Assembly: GCF_963853765.1 (NCBI RefSeq) | Contig: NC_088857.1 | Coordinates: 38,626,001 to 38,690,000, forward strand | Direction of reading: 5' to 3' | DNA from: Magallana gigas | Taxonomy: Eukaryota | Length of the DNA stretch: 64,000 nucleotides | Part shown: one piece after another, positions 62,701 through 64,000 of the stretch | Numbering within the stretch: position 1 is the first letter of the stretch | Layout: the number at the start of each line of letters is the position of its first letter | The notes under the pieces: model-generated | The model's input: the letters and a program-made list of their open reading frames with translations, nothing else | Told to the model about the DNA's origin: nothing | Database searches by the model: none | Translations under genes and position numbers: made by a program

Positions 62701-63921
62701 CCCAGCAACAATAAAAGCAGAAGCTTTAAACTCCATAGTTCACTACCTGTATACTGGAGCTTTGCATTTAACCCCACAGAATGCTTCTTGGGTAGAACAA
62801 ATCATACACCTTTTGGGATTGGTAAAGCTCTACCCATTTTGTAAGCAGTATCAGTGTTATTTGAAGAGAAAGAAAATGGTTACCCAGGCAGTTGAGTTAT
62901 TCAAGAATCCCGTTCTTGTGCTAAGTGAATCTGAGAAGGCAGTGCAGGTTCATTATTTGGAGTCTGAGCAACAGCTGGGTTGCCTAAAAGGACAGCTTTC
63001 CATTTCAAACTCCTCATCAGTTATAAGAAACATTTCTGTTGTCAAAAAAGAGGAATCTGATGAAAACATTGAGGGAATTGAAGCAAAGAATTCAGAGCTT
63101 GCATTAAATCATAGTGATTTTACTTTAGGAACCTTTCTAGAGTCATCATCTAAGGAGAGATTACATTTTCAAATTTGTAACAACACTAAAGATGGTGATA
63201 TATATGAATCAAACCCCTCAGAAACTACCTCTACTCAAAGACCATCATCAGAAACTTCTACATGCACAGCATCAGAGACTTGCATGATCAATGATTTGTT
63301 AAACTCTAATGAGGAAAACAGCAATGCATTAGAAAATAAAACAGTTGGAAAAGGCGCAGCAATTGCCAGTTTGAATGAATCCAAAACTGAAACTTGTGAG
63401 AAGGAATCTAAGAATGTGATGCTACAACACATTAAATTGGAACCTGTACTATCAGAAGATGAGTTGGAATGTGGTGTTGATAGGGGCAATTTTCTGGGTA
63501 AGGGTATGTATCTATCAAAAATTAACATGCTAGTAACTTTAACCAAAGTTAAAAAAGCAAAAAACAATGTCCATTAAGTTTTAATTACATGTGTATTTCA
63601 AACATTGTAGATAAGTACATAGATGGAAGGCAAGCTGTAGCCACTCAGTTGGATTGCCAATTCACAAGACAGAAGTTACACATAAGCAACCCTGATCAAC
63701 TAGGCAATGCCAAGGCTGATGGTTTATCAACTATGTCTAGAGAAAAAGATGATTTTACCATTTTCTGTCCACTCTGCTTGATCTATTTCAATTCCAGGAA
63801 GTCCTACACAGATCACCAGAGTGTTTGTTTTGATACCTTTCATCACAACCAATTGTTTAGGCTTGAGCAGAAAATACATCAGTTTTGCAATCCAGTTCCC
63901 AGAAGTAAGAATCTTTCTTGA
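59740..63921 (+). CDS. BTB/POZ protein with one C-terminal C2HC-type finger, ~440 aa, 3 coding exons
   Basis: Exons 59740-59868 (LCDATLEAG), 62615-63497 (VHRLILIAM...IVHYLYTG) and 63611-63921 (CPLC-x12-HQSVC); phases join. The alternative is an unspliced stop at 63577. Confidence 0.8.
60075..60240. repeat. 46-bp tandem repeat, ~3.6 copies
   Basis: AAAACCATGGTCCTGGTATGATCT... at 60075, 60121, 60167 and 60213. Confidence 0.9.
61805..62300 (+). mobile_element. Probable heavily decayed HINE-type repeat
   Basis: CTGTCTGTCAGTCTGTC microsatellite followed by GCAACTCCTCTGAAA...TGAAACT...GATGTGCACAT-like words partly repeated. Recognised by resemblance only. Confidence 0.4.
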
Positions 63922-64000
63922 TGACAGTTGTACATTAGTATTTCCACTATAACCATAATCATTACTTATGAGTCTTTTTTGACAATTTGTTGATAGCTAG

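Overview
AT-rich eukaryotic DNA. The repeat landscape (Helentron-type elements with ~167-bp arrays, TA- and TTAA-targeting MITEs) suggests a bivalve such as an oyster; this is inference. Five spliced genes were reconstructed by hand with consistent exon phases: a tetraspanin (+, 7 exons, one GC-AG intron), a classical-architecture calpain (-, 21 coding exons, intact Cys/His/Asn triad, one U12-type intron, degenerate penta-EF domain), a NEK-family kinase (-, 17 exons) and a head-to-head pair of BTB/zinc-finger genes. Mobile DNA includes a miniature non-autonomous LTR element with three essentially identical 748-749 bp LTRs around a 331-bp interior, and a 5'-truncated LINE whose otherwise intact ORF2 is split by a MITE and separated from ORF1 by one in-frame TAG. 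There are also two Helentron-type (HINE) elements with satellite-like arrays, four Kolobok-like and several Tc1/mariner-like MITEs, and a 39-bp minisatellite. No rRNA, tRNA or CRISPR array was seen. No database search was possible, so family names come from motif recognition.
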